Positions 47,073-57,700 of a stretch of DNA of 64,000 bases are shown here, piece after piece. The DNA is taken from assembly GCA_052344885.1 (NCBI GenBank), contig DAWDYI010000002.1, forward strand, positions 1,546 through 65,545, given 5' to 3'. The notes beneath the pieces are model-generated. The model saw only the letters and a program-made list of their open reading frames with translations. It made no database searches and was not told the origin of the DNA. Origin of the DNA: Collinsella aerofaciens (lineage in GTDB: Bacteria > Actinomycetota > Coriobacteriia > Coriobacteriales > Coriobacteriaceae). Position 1 is the first letter of the stretch. Each line of letters starts with the position of its first letter. The position numbers and the translations under genes are program-made.

Positions 47073-47110
47073 CACTTCCTCCAATCTCGCGCAGACCTGC
47101 AACGCCGTCC

Positions 47111-50100
47111 CTAGATCACCGTCACGCGACCCTGGTTACCCACAATTGCCTTGGCCTCGGCCAGCAGCGGAATCGAGCGCGCGTTGACCTTGGCAGGCAC
47201 CTCGGCGCGCAGCACGCGTCCGTCCACCTGCTCGATAAAGATCTCCACACGGTCGCCGCCCGGGTTAGCGGTGAGCACCGTGGCAAGACGCGCCATGTTG
47301 CCCTGGCTAAAGCGGCTGTTGGGCACCATGACCTCAAACACCTTGGGCTTGTTGTTCTCCTCGTTGAGCTCCAGCGGCACGATCTCCTGCGCGATGATCT
47401 GGTCGCCGCGGTCCGAGCGCTCGAGCTTGCCCTTAATGCGCACAAACGCATCGGACAGCTGCGCGCCGGTCTCGGGATCGACCTCGCCGTACAGGTACCC
47501 CTCGGCCTCCTTGTAGGTCTTGGGGAACACGACGACGGTGGCCTCGCCTTCCATGTCCTCGAGCTGCACGATGCCCATGGGGTCGCCGTTTTTGGTCACG
47601 CGCTTGGACACGCTCGAGACCATGCCGGCCCACCACAGCGCTTTGCCCTCGGGAATCTCCTGGTTGATGGTGCCGCCCGTAGGATTCTGAACTTCGTAGC
47701 CGGTGTCGATCTGCGAGAACGAGAAGTCGCGCGCTTTGCTGAGCGCATACTCAAACGGGCGCAGTGGGTGGTCCGAGACATAGATGCCCAGAACCTCTTT
47801 CTCCTGGCTCAGCTTAAGGTGGCGGTCCCATTCCTGGCCGTCCGGATCGGGCACGCTGACCTCGAAACCCGAGCCCTCAACATCACCAAACATGTCGAAG
47901 AACGAGGTCTGGCCGCTCGCGCGGTCCTTCTGGCGCTTTATCGCGGCGTCGATGATGTTCTCGGGGTTGTTCTTGTCCACAAAGTGCATCATCTGGCGGC
48001 GCGGATAGCCCGTGGAGTCGAAGGCACCTGCCTTGATCAGCGATTCGATCACGCGGCGGTTGGCCTGGCTCGAGTCCACGCGCTCGACAAAGTCGTGCAG
48101 CGTCTTAAACGGGCCGCCCGCCTCGCGCTCGGCGATAATCGCCTGCGCCACGCCGGTGCCCACGCCGCGGATGCCGGCCAGACCAAAGCGCACGCCTTCC
48201 TTGGTAGCCGTGAACTCGGTGCCGGACTCGTTGACATCTGGCGAAAGCACGGGGATGCCGTCGTGACGGCATGCCGAGACGTAGTGCACGATCTTGTCGG
48301 TCTTGCCCGTGTAGGACGTCAGAACGGCCGCCATGTACTCGTGCGGATAGTGCGCCTTGAGCCACGCCGTCTGCATAACCAGGATGGCGTAGCCGGCGGA
48401 GTGCGACTTGTTGAAGGCGTAGGACGCGAACTCGAGAACATCGTCCCAAATCTTCTGGGCGACCTCGCGCGTGTAGTTGTTCTTGATAGCGCCGTTCATC
48501 CAGTGGTCGTAGGTGGTCTCGTCCGAGCCATCCTCCCAGTGGAGCACCGTCGACGTGAGCAGCTTAATCTTTTTCTTAGCCACGGGCTTACGGATACGCG
48601 AGTCCGATTCGCCCTTGGAGAAGCCGCACATCTCGACGGAGATGAGCATAACCTGCTCCTGGTAGACCATGGTGCCGTAGGTTTCACCCAGGATGTCGTC
48701 CAGACGGTCGTCGTAGGAGACGGCCGGCTCCTTGCCGTTCATACGGTTGATGTAGGACGAGACCATGCCGGCGCCCAGCGGGCCCGGGCGGTACAGGGCG
48801 ATCAATGCCACGACGTGCTTGTACTCGGTGGGCTTCATGTTCTTGATCGTGGCCGTCATGCCGGCGGACTCGACCTGGAAGACGCCGGCGGTATGACCGG
48901 AGCCCATGAGCTTAAAGATCTCGGGATCGTCAAAGGGGATCTCTTCCTCTTTGATGTCGATGCCGAAGTTCTTTTTGATGTTTGCCTTGGCCTTGGAGAT
49001 AACCGTCAGCGTGCGCAGGCCCAAGAAGTCCATCTTGAGCAAGCCCATGTCGGCAACGGTATGGCCCTCGTACTGGGTAATCTCGACGCCGCCCTTGGTG
49101 TCGAGCTTGGTGGGCACGTGTTCGTTGACGGGGTCACGGCAGATCAGAACGGCGCACGCGTGCACGCCCTCGCCACGGGTGAGGCCCTCGATCGAGAGCG
49201 CCGTGTCGATGATGCGGCGAGCGTCGTCGTCCTTTTTATAGGCCTCGGCAAAATCGGGGTTAAACAGATCTTCTTTGCCGGGTTGTTTGTCGAGCACCTG
49301 CTTGAGCTTGACCTTGGGGTCGCTCGAGACCATCTTGGACAGGCGCTGGCCCATGTAGACCGGGTAGTCCAGGACGCGCGCGGCATCATTGATGGCCTGC
49401 TTGGCCTTGATGGTCGAGTAGGTGATGACGTGGGTGACCTTCTCGGGGCCGTAGAGCTGGCGAACGTGCTCCACGACCTCGAGGCGCCGCTCATCGTCGA
49501 AGTCCATATCGATATCGGGCATCTCGGTACGCTGCGGGGAGAGGAACCTCTCAAACATCAGGCCGTTCTCGAGCGGGTCGAACGCGGTGATGTTCATGGC
49601 GTAGGCGACGATAGCGCCGGCGGCAGAACCACGGCCGGGGCCGACGCCGATGCCGTTGTCCTTGGCCCATTGCACGTACTCGGCAACGATGAGGAAGTAG
49701 GCGGCAAAGCCCTTGTCGCAGATGACCTTGTATTCGTACTCAAAGCGCTCTTTGATGTTGACTCCGCCGATCTCGCGCGTGGCCCAGTCGTCACCGTAGT
49801 GCTGGCGCAGGCCCTTCTCGCACTCGCGGCGGAACTGGCTCTCGTGCGTCTCGCCGGGATCGAGCAACGGGAAGCGCGGCAGGATGATGGAGTCCCAGTC
49901 GAGCTCCACGTAGCACTTGTCGGCGATCTCGAGCGTGTTGTCGCAGGCCTCGGGGCAATACGGGAACATTGCCCGCATCTCCTCCTCGGTCTTCATGTAA
50001 AACTCCGAGCCGGTCATGCGCATGCGGTTGGGGTCGTCGACTTTGGCGTTCATGCCAATGCACATGATGACGTCCTGCACGGGCGCGTCCTCGCGGCGCA

Positions 50101-50914
50101 GGTAGTGGAAGTCGTTGGTGGCGATGACCTTAACGCCCACCTGTTTGGCGATGTCGATGAGCGTGCGGTCCATCTGCTCGTCGGTCAGGCCGTTATCGGT
50201 GGTAATGCCGTGTTCCTGGATCTCGATATAAAAGTCGCCGGGGTCGAAGGTGTCGCGGAAGGTCTCGGCCCATTTGATGGCACCCTCCATGTCACCGCGG
50301 TCGATGTACTTGGGGATGATGCCCGCGATACAGGCACTGGTGCAGATCATGCCCTTGGCGTGGCGGCGCAGGTTGTCGAGCGTCACGCGGGGCTTATAGT
50401 AAAAGCCCTGCACGGCGGCCTCGGAAACCGTCTGCATCAGGTTGACGTAGCCCTCCTGGTCCTTGGCCAGAAGGATCATGTGGTAGAGCTCGGGCTTGTG
50501 GTCGCGGGCGAGCGTCTCGTCCGGCGTAAAGTAGACCTCGCAGCCAAAGATGGGTTTGATGACCAGGGGCGGCTTGAGCTCGTCGATGTTGCCCTTCTCG
50601 TCCCACATGGCCATGTCCTTCACATACTGGGCATGCTCGCGCGGGTTTTCCTCGGGATCGGGCTCCACCAGCTCGTCGCGGCGGTCCTTTTCCAAGAAGG
50701 CCTTGTCGTGGCTCCAGGTTTTGTACTCGGGCGTGTTGTGGTTGACGGCGTCGCAGGCCAGCGCCAGGTCGGGCACGCCGTACATGTAGCCGTGGTCGGT
50801 GATGGCCACGGCGGGCATGCCCAGCTCAACGGCACGGTTGACCATATCCTGGATACGGGTTGCGCCGTCGAGCATGGAGAAAACAGTGTGATTGTGCAGA
50901 TGGACGAATGCCAT
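47111..50914 (-). CDS. dnaE: DNA polymerase III alpha subunit
   Basis: PHP N-terminus MAFVHLHNHTVFSMLDGA. GRGSAAGAIVAY, PDIDMDF and FNKSHSAGYA. 1267 aa. Confidence 0.95.
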   Translation of the reverse strand: MAFVHLHNHTVFSMLDGATRIQDMVNRAVELGMPAVAITDHGYMYGVPDLALACDAVNHNTPEYKTWSHDKAFLEKDRRDELVEPDPEENPREHAQYVKDMAMWDEKGNIDELKPPLVIKPIFGCEVYFTPDETLARDHKPELYHMILLAKDQEGYVNLMQTVSEAAVQGFYYKPRVTLDNLRRHAKGMICTSACIAGIIPKYIDRGDMEGAIKWAETFRDTFDPGDFYIEIQEHGITTDNGLTDEQMDRTLIDIAKQVGVKVIATNDFHYLRREDAPVQDVIMCIGMNAKVDDPNRMRMTGSEFYMKTEEEMRAMFPYCPEACDNTLEIADKCYVELDWDSIILPRFPLLDPGETHESQFRRECEKGLRQHYGDDWATREIGGVNIKERFEYEYKVICDKGFAAYFLIVAEYVQWAKDNGIGVGPGRGSAAGAIVAYAMNITAFDPLENGLMFERFLSPQRTEMPDIDMDFDDERRLEVVEHVRQLYGPEKVTHVITYSTIKAKQAINDAARVLDYPVYMGQRLSKMVSSDPKVKLKQVLDKQPGKEDLFNPDFAEAYKKDDDARRIIDTALSIEGLTRGEGVHACAVLICRDPVNEHVPTKLDTKGGVEITQYEGHTVADMGLLKMDFLGLRTLTVISKAKANIKKNFGIDIKEEEIPFDDPEIFKLMGSGHTAGVFQVESAGMTATIKNMKPTEYKHVVALIALYRPGPLGAGMVSSYINRMNGKEPAVSYDDRLDDILGETYGTMVYQEQVMLISVEMCGFSKGESDSRIRKPVAKKKIKLLTSTVLHWEDGSDETTYDHWMNGAIKNNYTREVAQKIWDDVLEFASYAFNKSHSAGYAILVMQTAWLKAHYPHEYMAAVLTSYTGKTDKIVHYVSACRHDGIPVLSPDVNESGTEFTATKEGVRFGLAGIRGVGTGVAQAIIAEREAGGPFKTLHDFVERVDSSQANRRVIESLIKAGAFDSTGYPRRQMMHFVDKNNPENIIDAAIKRQKDRASGQTSFFDMFGDVEGSGFEVSVPDPDGQEWDRHLKLSQEKEVLGIYVSDHPLRPFEYALSKARDFSFSQIDTGYEVQNPTGGTINQEIPEGKALWWAGMVSSVSKRVTKNGDPMGIVQLEDMEGEATVVVFPKTYKEAEGYLYGEVDPETGAQLSDAFVRIKGKLERSDRGDQIIAQEIVPLELNEENNKPKVFEVMVPNSRFSQGNMARLATVLTANPGGDRVEIFIEQVDGRVLRAEVPAKVNARSIPLLAEAKAIVGNQGRVTVI

Positions 50915-51015
50915 GTGATGAGCTCCGATGCGGGTTCGTGTTCTGACTGAACGATTTTACCCCACGGCACGGACAGCACCCGAACCTAGCCAAACCCACA
51001 CGGCTCCTCTTGCAG

Positions 51016-51078
51016 TTGCGGTGAAATAGTTCCCGCTTGGGCCATCTGGGCCGCAATACAGGAACTATTCCACCGCAA
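51016..51078. repeat. Long hairpin between addA and dnaE (18-bp arms, 27-nt loop)
   Basis: TTGCGGTGAAATAGTTCC (51016-51033) matches the reverse complement of 51061-51078 at 17 of 18 positions. No U-tract on either strand. Confidence 0.6.
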
Positions 51079-51090
51079 GTTATCTGAGGG

Positions 51091-54000
51091 CTAGAGATTG
51101 TAGGTGACCACTTGAGGTTCGGCGGGTTCGACGAAGAGAGTCGGATCGGCCTGTTCCACGCGGACGAACTTGACGGTCACGGCCTCAAAGCCCGCCTTGT
51201 GCAGAACATCAGCGTAGACGCGCGCCTGCAGGGCGTGCTTCTCCTGCAGCTGTTCCGGCGTCTCGTCCGGCGTGCCGCCCGTCTTGTAGTCGATGACCAG
51301 TGCCCGCGACGGATCGGCCGGGTTCGTCGCCAAAGCGTCGATGGCGCCCTCGGCATATGCACCGTAGCGAGCGATGTCCTCGTCCTCGCAGCCCAGCGAA
51401 AAGAACGGCACCTCGGCGCGAACACACGGCCACGCGAGCAGGTCGGCACGAACAGCCGACTTGAGCCAGCGGTCCAGGGCAACGTCGAAGCGTTCGCGCT
51501 GCTCCGGCGTCAGGCGCCACAGGCGCGCCAGCGCATCGGCACGCGCGGCGGGCAGCGCATCGGCACCCATCTCGATGAGCCACTGGCAGGCAGCGTGGAA
51601 GGCCGAGCCCAGCGCCATGGGGTTGCCGGCGGGCTCAACGGCGGCCACGTCTGCATCCGTCATCTCCGAGCCATCCGACTCTGCATCATCGCCGGACTCG
51701 TCCATGGGCACGCGCGCCTCGGCAGCACGGTCCTCGGACTCGGCATGTAGCGCCGCGGCAATTGACGAGTAGCTGTACGAATCGCGCTCCGGATACGGGC
51801 AGGTGCCCATGCGCACGCCCGCCGCCTGGGGATACACGAGCTCAAACGCATCGGGATCGGGGTCGGCAGGACCGGGGACGATTGTACTGGCCGAATCGTC
51901 GGCAGTATCTGTATCGACATCGCCGCGAACAAGCCTGCCCTCGGCATCCAGCGAAGCGTTGGCCTCAAACGCCTGCTCGCCAAAGATAAAGTTCGCAAGC
52001 GAAATGAGCTCGTAGTCGCCCGGCCGGGAGTTGTCGAACACCAGGCGGTCGGCATCGAGCTGCGGCATGTCCAGAGCGTCGGTCGGCAAAATACGGCGCA
52101 GCACGTCATAGGTCAGATCGGTCTCGACGTCGAAGGTCGGCGCCGTCACCTTGCCACGGCTCACGCCGGCATCCATCGCCAAGATCACCAGCTCGCGCGC
52201 ACGCGTCATGGCGACATAGAGCAAACGAGCCCGCTCTTCGAGCGAAAGCTGCAGGTCGTCGTTGCGCAGGCGAGCAAATGCCTCGGCGGGAGAACCCGTC
52301 GCGCAGACGTCCTCCATGAGCTCCGGCGGCAGCCACAGCGACGTGCCCTTGCCCTTAAACGCATGCTCAAACTGCTTTTTAACGTCGTCGCCCTTCACAA
52401 AGGTTCCGTCGGCGAGCTTAACGCCGTCGAAGCGTGCCGGCAGCGCCACGACCTGCGCTCCGCCCTCGACGCGACCCATCTGTGCCGCACCCGAGGACTT
52501 ACGCACGCCAAAGCACTCGGCGACCGCCACGACCGGATATTCCAGACCCTTGGAGGCATGCACCGTCATGATGCGCACCGCGCCGTCGCCCTCCTCGTTG
52601 AGGGCACCCGGGGCTTCCTTGCCCGCTAGGAAGCGATCGAAGGCAAGCGCGATGGAACGCGGCGAGTTGCCGAACTCGGCCTCCGCCTCGGCCACAGCGT
52701 CGAGCGCCTTGAGCACGTTGGCGGCAATGGCCTTGCCCTCGGGGCCACGCTGCGCCAGACGCACGAACCAGCCCGAAGCGTTGACCACGTCGCGTGCGAT
52801 GGCGGCGAACGAATCGCGGCCCACGCGACGAAGCGCATACCGCAGCACCTCGCGGGCGCGCGTCACGAGCGGCAAGTCTTGCAAACCCGGCACATCGGAA
52901 TCGCTCATGATGCCCACGTCGATATTCCGGCGCGAGGTCTCCCCCGTCTCGCTATCGAGCTTGGTCGCCAGCGCCAAAAACTCCTGGGCGCCCAGCGCAA
53001 ACATCGGCGAGGCGAGCAGCGGCATAAGGCCCTGCGCCGTATCGGCCGGATTGGCGAGCGCACAAACCAGGGCGCGCACCGTCTGCACCTCGGCAGCCTG
53101 CGCAAAGACCGAGCCGCCTGCGATAACACAGTCGAGCCCCTGGTCGCGGAAGGCCTGTGCGTAGACGTCTGCGTTGGTCATGCGGCCCAGCAGCAGCACC
53201 ATGCCGCCCTGGGGCTGGCCGGCATCGGCAAGCGCGCGGAATCGCTCGGCGATCGCACGGGCCTTGGCCTGTGTGCGCTCCTGCGTGCTGCCGCCGGCAA
53301 CAAAGAGGGCCTGGCGACGCGAGGCGTCTGCCACCAGCGTGTCCTTGCGGCCGTCGCTCGCCTCAAGGTCCAAAAAGCCCTGCATCAGGCCGCCGTCATC
53401 GCCGTCGAAGACGCGTGCCACGTAACGCAACACCTCGTCATGGCTGCGGAAGTTGCGCACGAGCTTGACGAGCTCGCCGGCGGGGGCGTCAGTCACGGCA
53501 GTCGCCTCGGGCGCGGCAGACGAGCCCACCTTGCGCTCCTGGCGACGGAACACCTCGACCTCAGCGCCGCGGAAGCGATAGATCGACTGCTGCGCATCGC
53601 CCACGGTACACAGCGCACGCTCCCCCGCGCCGGTCAGGTAACGGATCAGGTCGACCTGCATCTGGTCGGTATCCTGGAACTCGTCGATCATGACCATCTT
53701 AAAGCGGCCCTCGTATGCCGCTCGGATGGCTGGGTAATCGCGCAGGGCCTCGTAGGCCATACGCAGCAAGTCGTTGTTGTCGAGGGCGGACTGGGCAGCC
53801 TTCAGTACGCGATACTCGGCCTCTACAGAGCGGGCCAAGCCCACCAGTGCATCGAGCGCGGGACCACCGCAGGCCAGCACGATATTGATAAATGCATCGG
53901 CGGCCTCGGCCTTGAGCAGCTCGACCTGCTCCTTAGGGAATGCCTTGCTCGCGCGCGGCATGGTGCACGACATCATGAGTCGCGCCGCATCGGCCATGGT

Positions 54001-54723
54001 CTTGCCGCTGGCCTCGAATGCATCGATGGCATCGAGCGCCATCTGTGCCTTCTCGGTCGCGGCCTTGCTTACGCCCAGCGCCGCGCGATAGGCATCGGCA
54101 AGTGCCGAGGTATCGGCCTGGCCGCGCGCCACGCGCACGTCGTCCATACCGCCCGGCAGCTGGCTCGAGAGCTCCAGCAGCTCGCGCACCAGGCCCTTGA
54201 TGGTGGTGCCGGCGCCAAAGGGGCCGCCCTCGCCCGCCATGGGATACCAGGCGTAGAGGGCCTTGAGCGATGCCGCGAGCTCGGGGGCGGCATCGGGCGC
54301 CGTCGCGCGGGCCAGCACATGCTCAACAGCCTGGTCCATAAGCTCGTCGGTATCGGTGAGCACCGTGAACTCGGGGTCGATGCCCAGCTCCAGCGCATGC
54401 GCGCGCAGGATGCGCGAACACATGCCGTGAATGGTCGAGATCCACGCATCGTCGACGGTCAGAGCCTCCTCGTCCATGCCCTCGTCGATGAGCGCGCGGC
54501 GCACGCGGTCACGGATCTCGGCCGCAGCATCTTTGGTAAAGGTAATGGCGAGCACCTGGTCCAGATGCTCAACGAACGGACCAGACTCGGGCGAGAGCGC
54601 GTAGACGATGCGGCGCGTAAGGGTAAAGGTCTTGCCCGAACCGGCGCCCGCCGAGACAAACAGCGGACGGTCGAGCGTTTTGACGATCCGCAGCTGTTGC
54701 GGCATCAAAGTCGAAAGATCCAT
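51091..54723 (-). CDS. addA: UvrD-family helicase / PD-(D/E)XK nuclease, AddA-type
   Basis: LFVSAGAGSGKTFTL (Walker A), MIDEFQDTD, TVHASKGLEYP, and a C-terminal nuclease IDYKTG. Confidence 0.85.
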   Translation of the reverse strand: MDLSTLMPQQLRIVKTLDRPLFVSAGAGSGKTFTLTRRIVYALSPESGPFVEHLDQVLAITFTKDAAAEIRDRVRRALIDEGMDEEALTVDDAWISTIHGMCSRILRAHALELGIDPEFTVLTDTDELMDQAVEHVLARATAPDAAPELAASLKALYAWYPMAGEGGPFGAGTTIKGLVRELLELSSQLPGGMDDVRVARGQADTSALADAYRAALGVSKAATEKAQMALDAIDAFEASGKTMADAARLMMSCTMPRASKAFPKEQVELLKAEAADAFINIVLACGGPALDALVGLARSVEAEYRVLKAAQSALDNNDLLRMAYEALRDYPAIRAAYEGRFKMVMIDEFQDTDQMQVDLIRYLTGAGERALCTVGDAQQSIYRFRGAEVEVFRRQERKVGSSAAPEATAVTDAPAGELVKLVRNFRSHDEVLRYVARVFDGDDGGLMQGFLDLEASDGRKDTLVADASRRQALFVAGGSTQERTQAKARAIAERFRALADAGQPQGGMVLLLGRMTNADVYAQAFRDQGLDCVIAGGSVFAQAAEVQTVRALVCALANPADTAQGLMPLLASPMFALGAQEFLALATKLDSETGETSRRNIDVGIMSDSDVPGLQDLPLVTRAREVLRYALRRVGRDSFAAIARDVVNASGWFVRLAQRGPEGKAIAANVLKALDAVAEAEAEFGNSPRSIALAFDRFLAGKEAPGALNEEGDGAVRIMTVHASKGLEYPVVAVAECFGVRKSSGAAQMGRVEGGAQVVALPARFDGVKLADGTFVKGDDVKKQFEHAFKGKGTSLWLPPELMEDVCATGSPAEAFARLRNDDLQLSLEERARLLYVAMTRARELVILAMDAGVSRGKVTAPTFDVETDLTYDVLRRILPTDALDMPQLDADRLVFDNSRPGDYELISLANFIFGEQAFEANASLDAEGRLVRGDVDTDTADDSASTIVPGPADPDPDAFELVYPQAAGVRMGTCPYPERDSYSYSSIAAALHAESEDRAAEARVPMDESGDDAESDGSEMTDADVAAVEPAGNPMALGSAFHAACQWLIEMGADALPAARADALARLWRLTPEQRERFDVALDRWLKSAVRADLLAWPCVRAEVPFFSLGCEDEDIARYGAYAEGAIDALATNPADPSRALVIDYKTGGTPDETPEQLQEKHALQARVYADVLHKAGFEAVTVKFVRVEQADPTLFVEPAEPQVVTYNL

Positions 54724-54726
54724 GGT

Positions 54727-57700
54727 CTACACGTCCCTCCTTACAAACGTTCCTTCGTGGTTATACGAGCAGCGCGCATGCGCGGCCTGAGCCGACATCG
54801 GGTCGACGGCGGCAACGTTGCCCGCCTCGAGCTCGCGCAGGCGCTCGGCGATGCCGGCCTCCACACGATCGAGCAGGGCGTCGAAGTCCATGCTGCCGCC
54901 CTCGCCCGGAAAGCCCTTCTTGAGGCCCGGGATGCGACCGTCGCCGCGCTCTTCCTCGAGCAGCTCGGCACTCGCGGCGCCTCGCAGCGCCGGCTTGCCG
55001 CCCTTGGTCGAAAAGTAGAGCGCCGCGCGGGTGTCCAAATCCAGCGCCCGGCGCATGGCCTGCGCGTAGATGAGCGTTTGGGTATGGGGCGGCAACCAGC
55101 GCGGATCGTCGATGGGCGCCGTACCCGATTCCTCGTCGCGCACCGTGGGGTCGGCGAGCTTAAACTCCTCAACGCCCGTGCGATGCTTGTAGTCGATCAC
55201 CACGGCACGATTCTCGGCGTCCACGTCCACGCGGTCGATGCGCCCGCCAAGCGGCCAACCGGCATACTCGACCTTGAGCTCGTTGAAGGCGAACTCCAGG
55301 TAGCGCGGGGCAAAGGGGGCAAGTGCCTCGGACTCGTAGGCAAGCACGCCCTCCAGCTGCGGCAAAATCTCGGCCACCTGGCGCTCCTCCACCGCAGAAA
55401 GCGGCACCAGCGGGCCCTCCGTGCCTCGCTTGCCGGCGTGCTCGGCCAACGTCTCGTCAAAGACCTCGCGCAGCAGCTCCTGAGCGCGCGGCAGATTCTC
55501 GGGCGTCACGCGTTCCATGCCCTCCTGGGGCAGGCGGGCATGCAGGTGCTCCAGCACGTCGTGGACAAAGTTGCCCTTCTCCATGTTGCCAAAGCCCGCG
55601 TCGATGGACTGGGGCTTCACGCGATACGACACGAACCAGCACAGCGGGCATGTCGAGTACGCCTCAATCTGCGAGGCGGACGTCAGGCGCGGCACGAGCG
55701 GCGCGTTCTCGTCCTCGCCATCGCGGCGGCGCAGGACCAGGTACGGCACAGCCGCCTCACTCAAATGCTGAGGAGCCTCGCACGCGACGCGCTTACACTC
55801 GATGCCCTCGCCGGCCGCTGGATCAAAATCGGCGACGATACCGCCCTCGCCCACGCATGTCACCTGGGCGGCGCCGGCAGCCTCGGCGTGCGCCCGCAGC
55901 TCGGTCCACACGGCAGCCGGGTAGCACTCGCGTGCCTGGCGATCGTGCGTCACGCGGGCAAGCGCAACCGGACCGCGCGCGGCCTGCATCGCGCGGCCAA
56001 AGCGCACACGCAGCAGGGCCGCGGGCTCAAGCGTCACGCCGCTGCGCCCCAGCTCTGCCGTCAGCGTGGCCAGCGGGCCCTCCTCATGTGAGAGCGGATA
56101 ACTGTCCAGGTCGACGTCGGCAAACAGCACGGCATCGTAGCTGGCGGGGCGCAGGGCTGCCGCATCGGCAAGCGACGCAAAGCGCACCTGGGCGCGCGGC
56201 GTGCGGTCGACCTCGTAGGTCTCGTAATCGTATGCGGCGCTGCGCTTGTCCACCTTGGTACGAACGCCGTCGAGCACGGGCACGGTCGCGGCCTGCGACA
56301 CGTCGAGCGCGCGGGCGTCGTTCATAAGGATGTCGATGGCATGTCGCAGTAGGGCGGTCTCCGCCTGGCGACGAGCCTGACCGTCAAAGCCTCCAAGGGC
56401 GCGATCGGGCAACGCCTCGGCGACGGCGAGCATTGCCTTGAGCGCCGTCACGGGTTTGTCGCGCCACAGCGCTTGGAACACGTCCGAGACCACGCACGGC
56501 ACGTTCTTAAACCAGTTGTCATCACTGGCAGCCTTGCGCGTGCCCCTGACCTGGCCCTGCACGCTCTGCAGCAGGCTCTTGGCGGCCTTGGTGGTCTTGC
56601 CGCGCGACAGGCGCATGTTCTTGTCGAAGGTGCGCGCGCTGGCGGCATCGGCACCCGAAAGCGGACTGTAAATCCAGTCGGTAAGCTCCGGCGCGGGCCA
56701 CCACTCGGTCTTGGAGGCGGTGCCCTCGTCGGCGGCCTTCATGCGCTCGATCAGATTGGCGAGCGCCGCGAACTGCCTGCCCGCGATGGATTGGGAAAAC
56801 GCCGTGAACTCGGTTGTCTCGGCCGCAATATGACGTGCCGCCAAACGGGCAGCGAGTTCACCGAACAGCTGAGGAGCCCGGGCAGACACCACGAGCACGC
56901 GCACGGGGTCCGCGGACGCCGTGATACCGCCGTCGACCGCGGCGTCCTCACACGTTTTTACCAGCTCATCGATTGCATCCACATAGGCGTGGGCGCGGGC
57001 GTGAGGGCCGGCAACCTCTACAAAGGTAGGCTGAGCGGCGGACTTGGAGGCAGTCTGGGGCGCGGCGGCACCCTCCCCCAGCGGCGCGACCTCAAACAGC
57101 ACGCCGCGGGCATCAAATGCCGCGGCAAGCTCCTCGCGCATCGCCGCCTGCTCGCGGGCAAGCAGCACAACGACCTCTCCCCCATTGTTCGCCACCGCCG
57201 ACAGCAGCTCGAGCAAGCCGTGCGTAAACGACGTGATACCGCGCACACATACCGCGCGGGCGCACGCCGGAAGGTTGTCGGCCAGCACCTCGGCCATAAG
57301 GTCAGCCGCCTCGCAGGGCTCGACCATGTCTCGACGGTCCAAGCCGCTCGCATAGGCACTCAACAGCTCGAACACGCGAGCCTCGGCGTCGCTCTTGGGA
57401 TCGGGCTGGCAAACGTCGCCGCGGCAGCGCTCGGCACCCGTTCCCGCTACGCCCGGCAGCACATCGCGGGCCATGCGCGCGAGCATGCGCACCGTGCCCT
57501 GACTGCGCGAAAGCGGCTGCAGGTCGGCATCGTCACGACGGGCGATCATGTCCGAGAACAGCATCTGGCGCTGCATGTTGTCGACGAAGCTGCGGCCATC
57601 GCCCATAAGCTCCCACAGCGAACGAAGCCACGACGCGGGCGTCTTGTAGTCGATACCCAGCGAGGCGCCAGCAACCGCGGCATCGTGACGGCACAGGTCA

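Noticed and set aside
47066-50950. 1294-aa ORF on the plus strand covering the whole of dnaE in antisense
   Set aside because: The translation is low-complexity (rich in Arg, Ala, Gly, Val, Leu, Asp and His) with no recognisable motifs. The minus-strand frame encodes a textbook DnaE. Stop-free antisense frames are expected in GC3-rich genes, so this is an artefact of composition.
52879-56091. 1070-aa plus-strand ORF antisense to addA/addB
   Set aside because: Same reasoning as above. It has a compositionally biased translation and spans the boundary of two real minus-strand genes. There is no start context or motif support.
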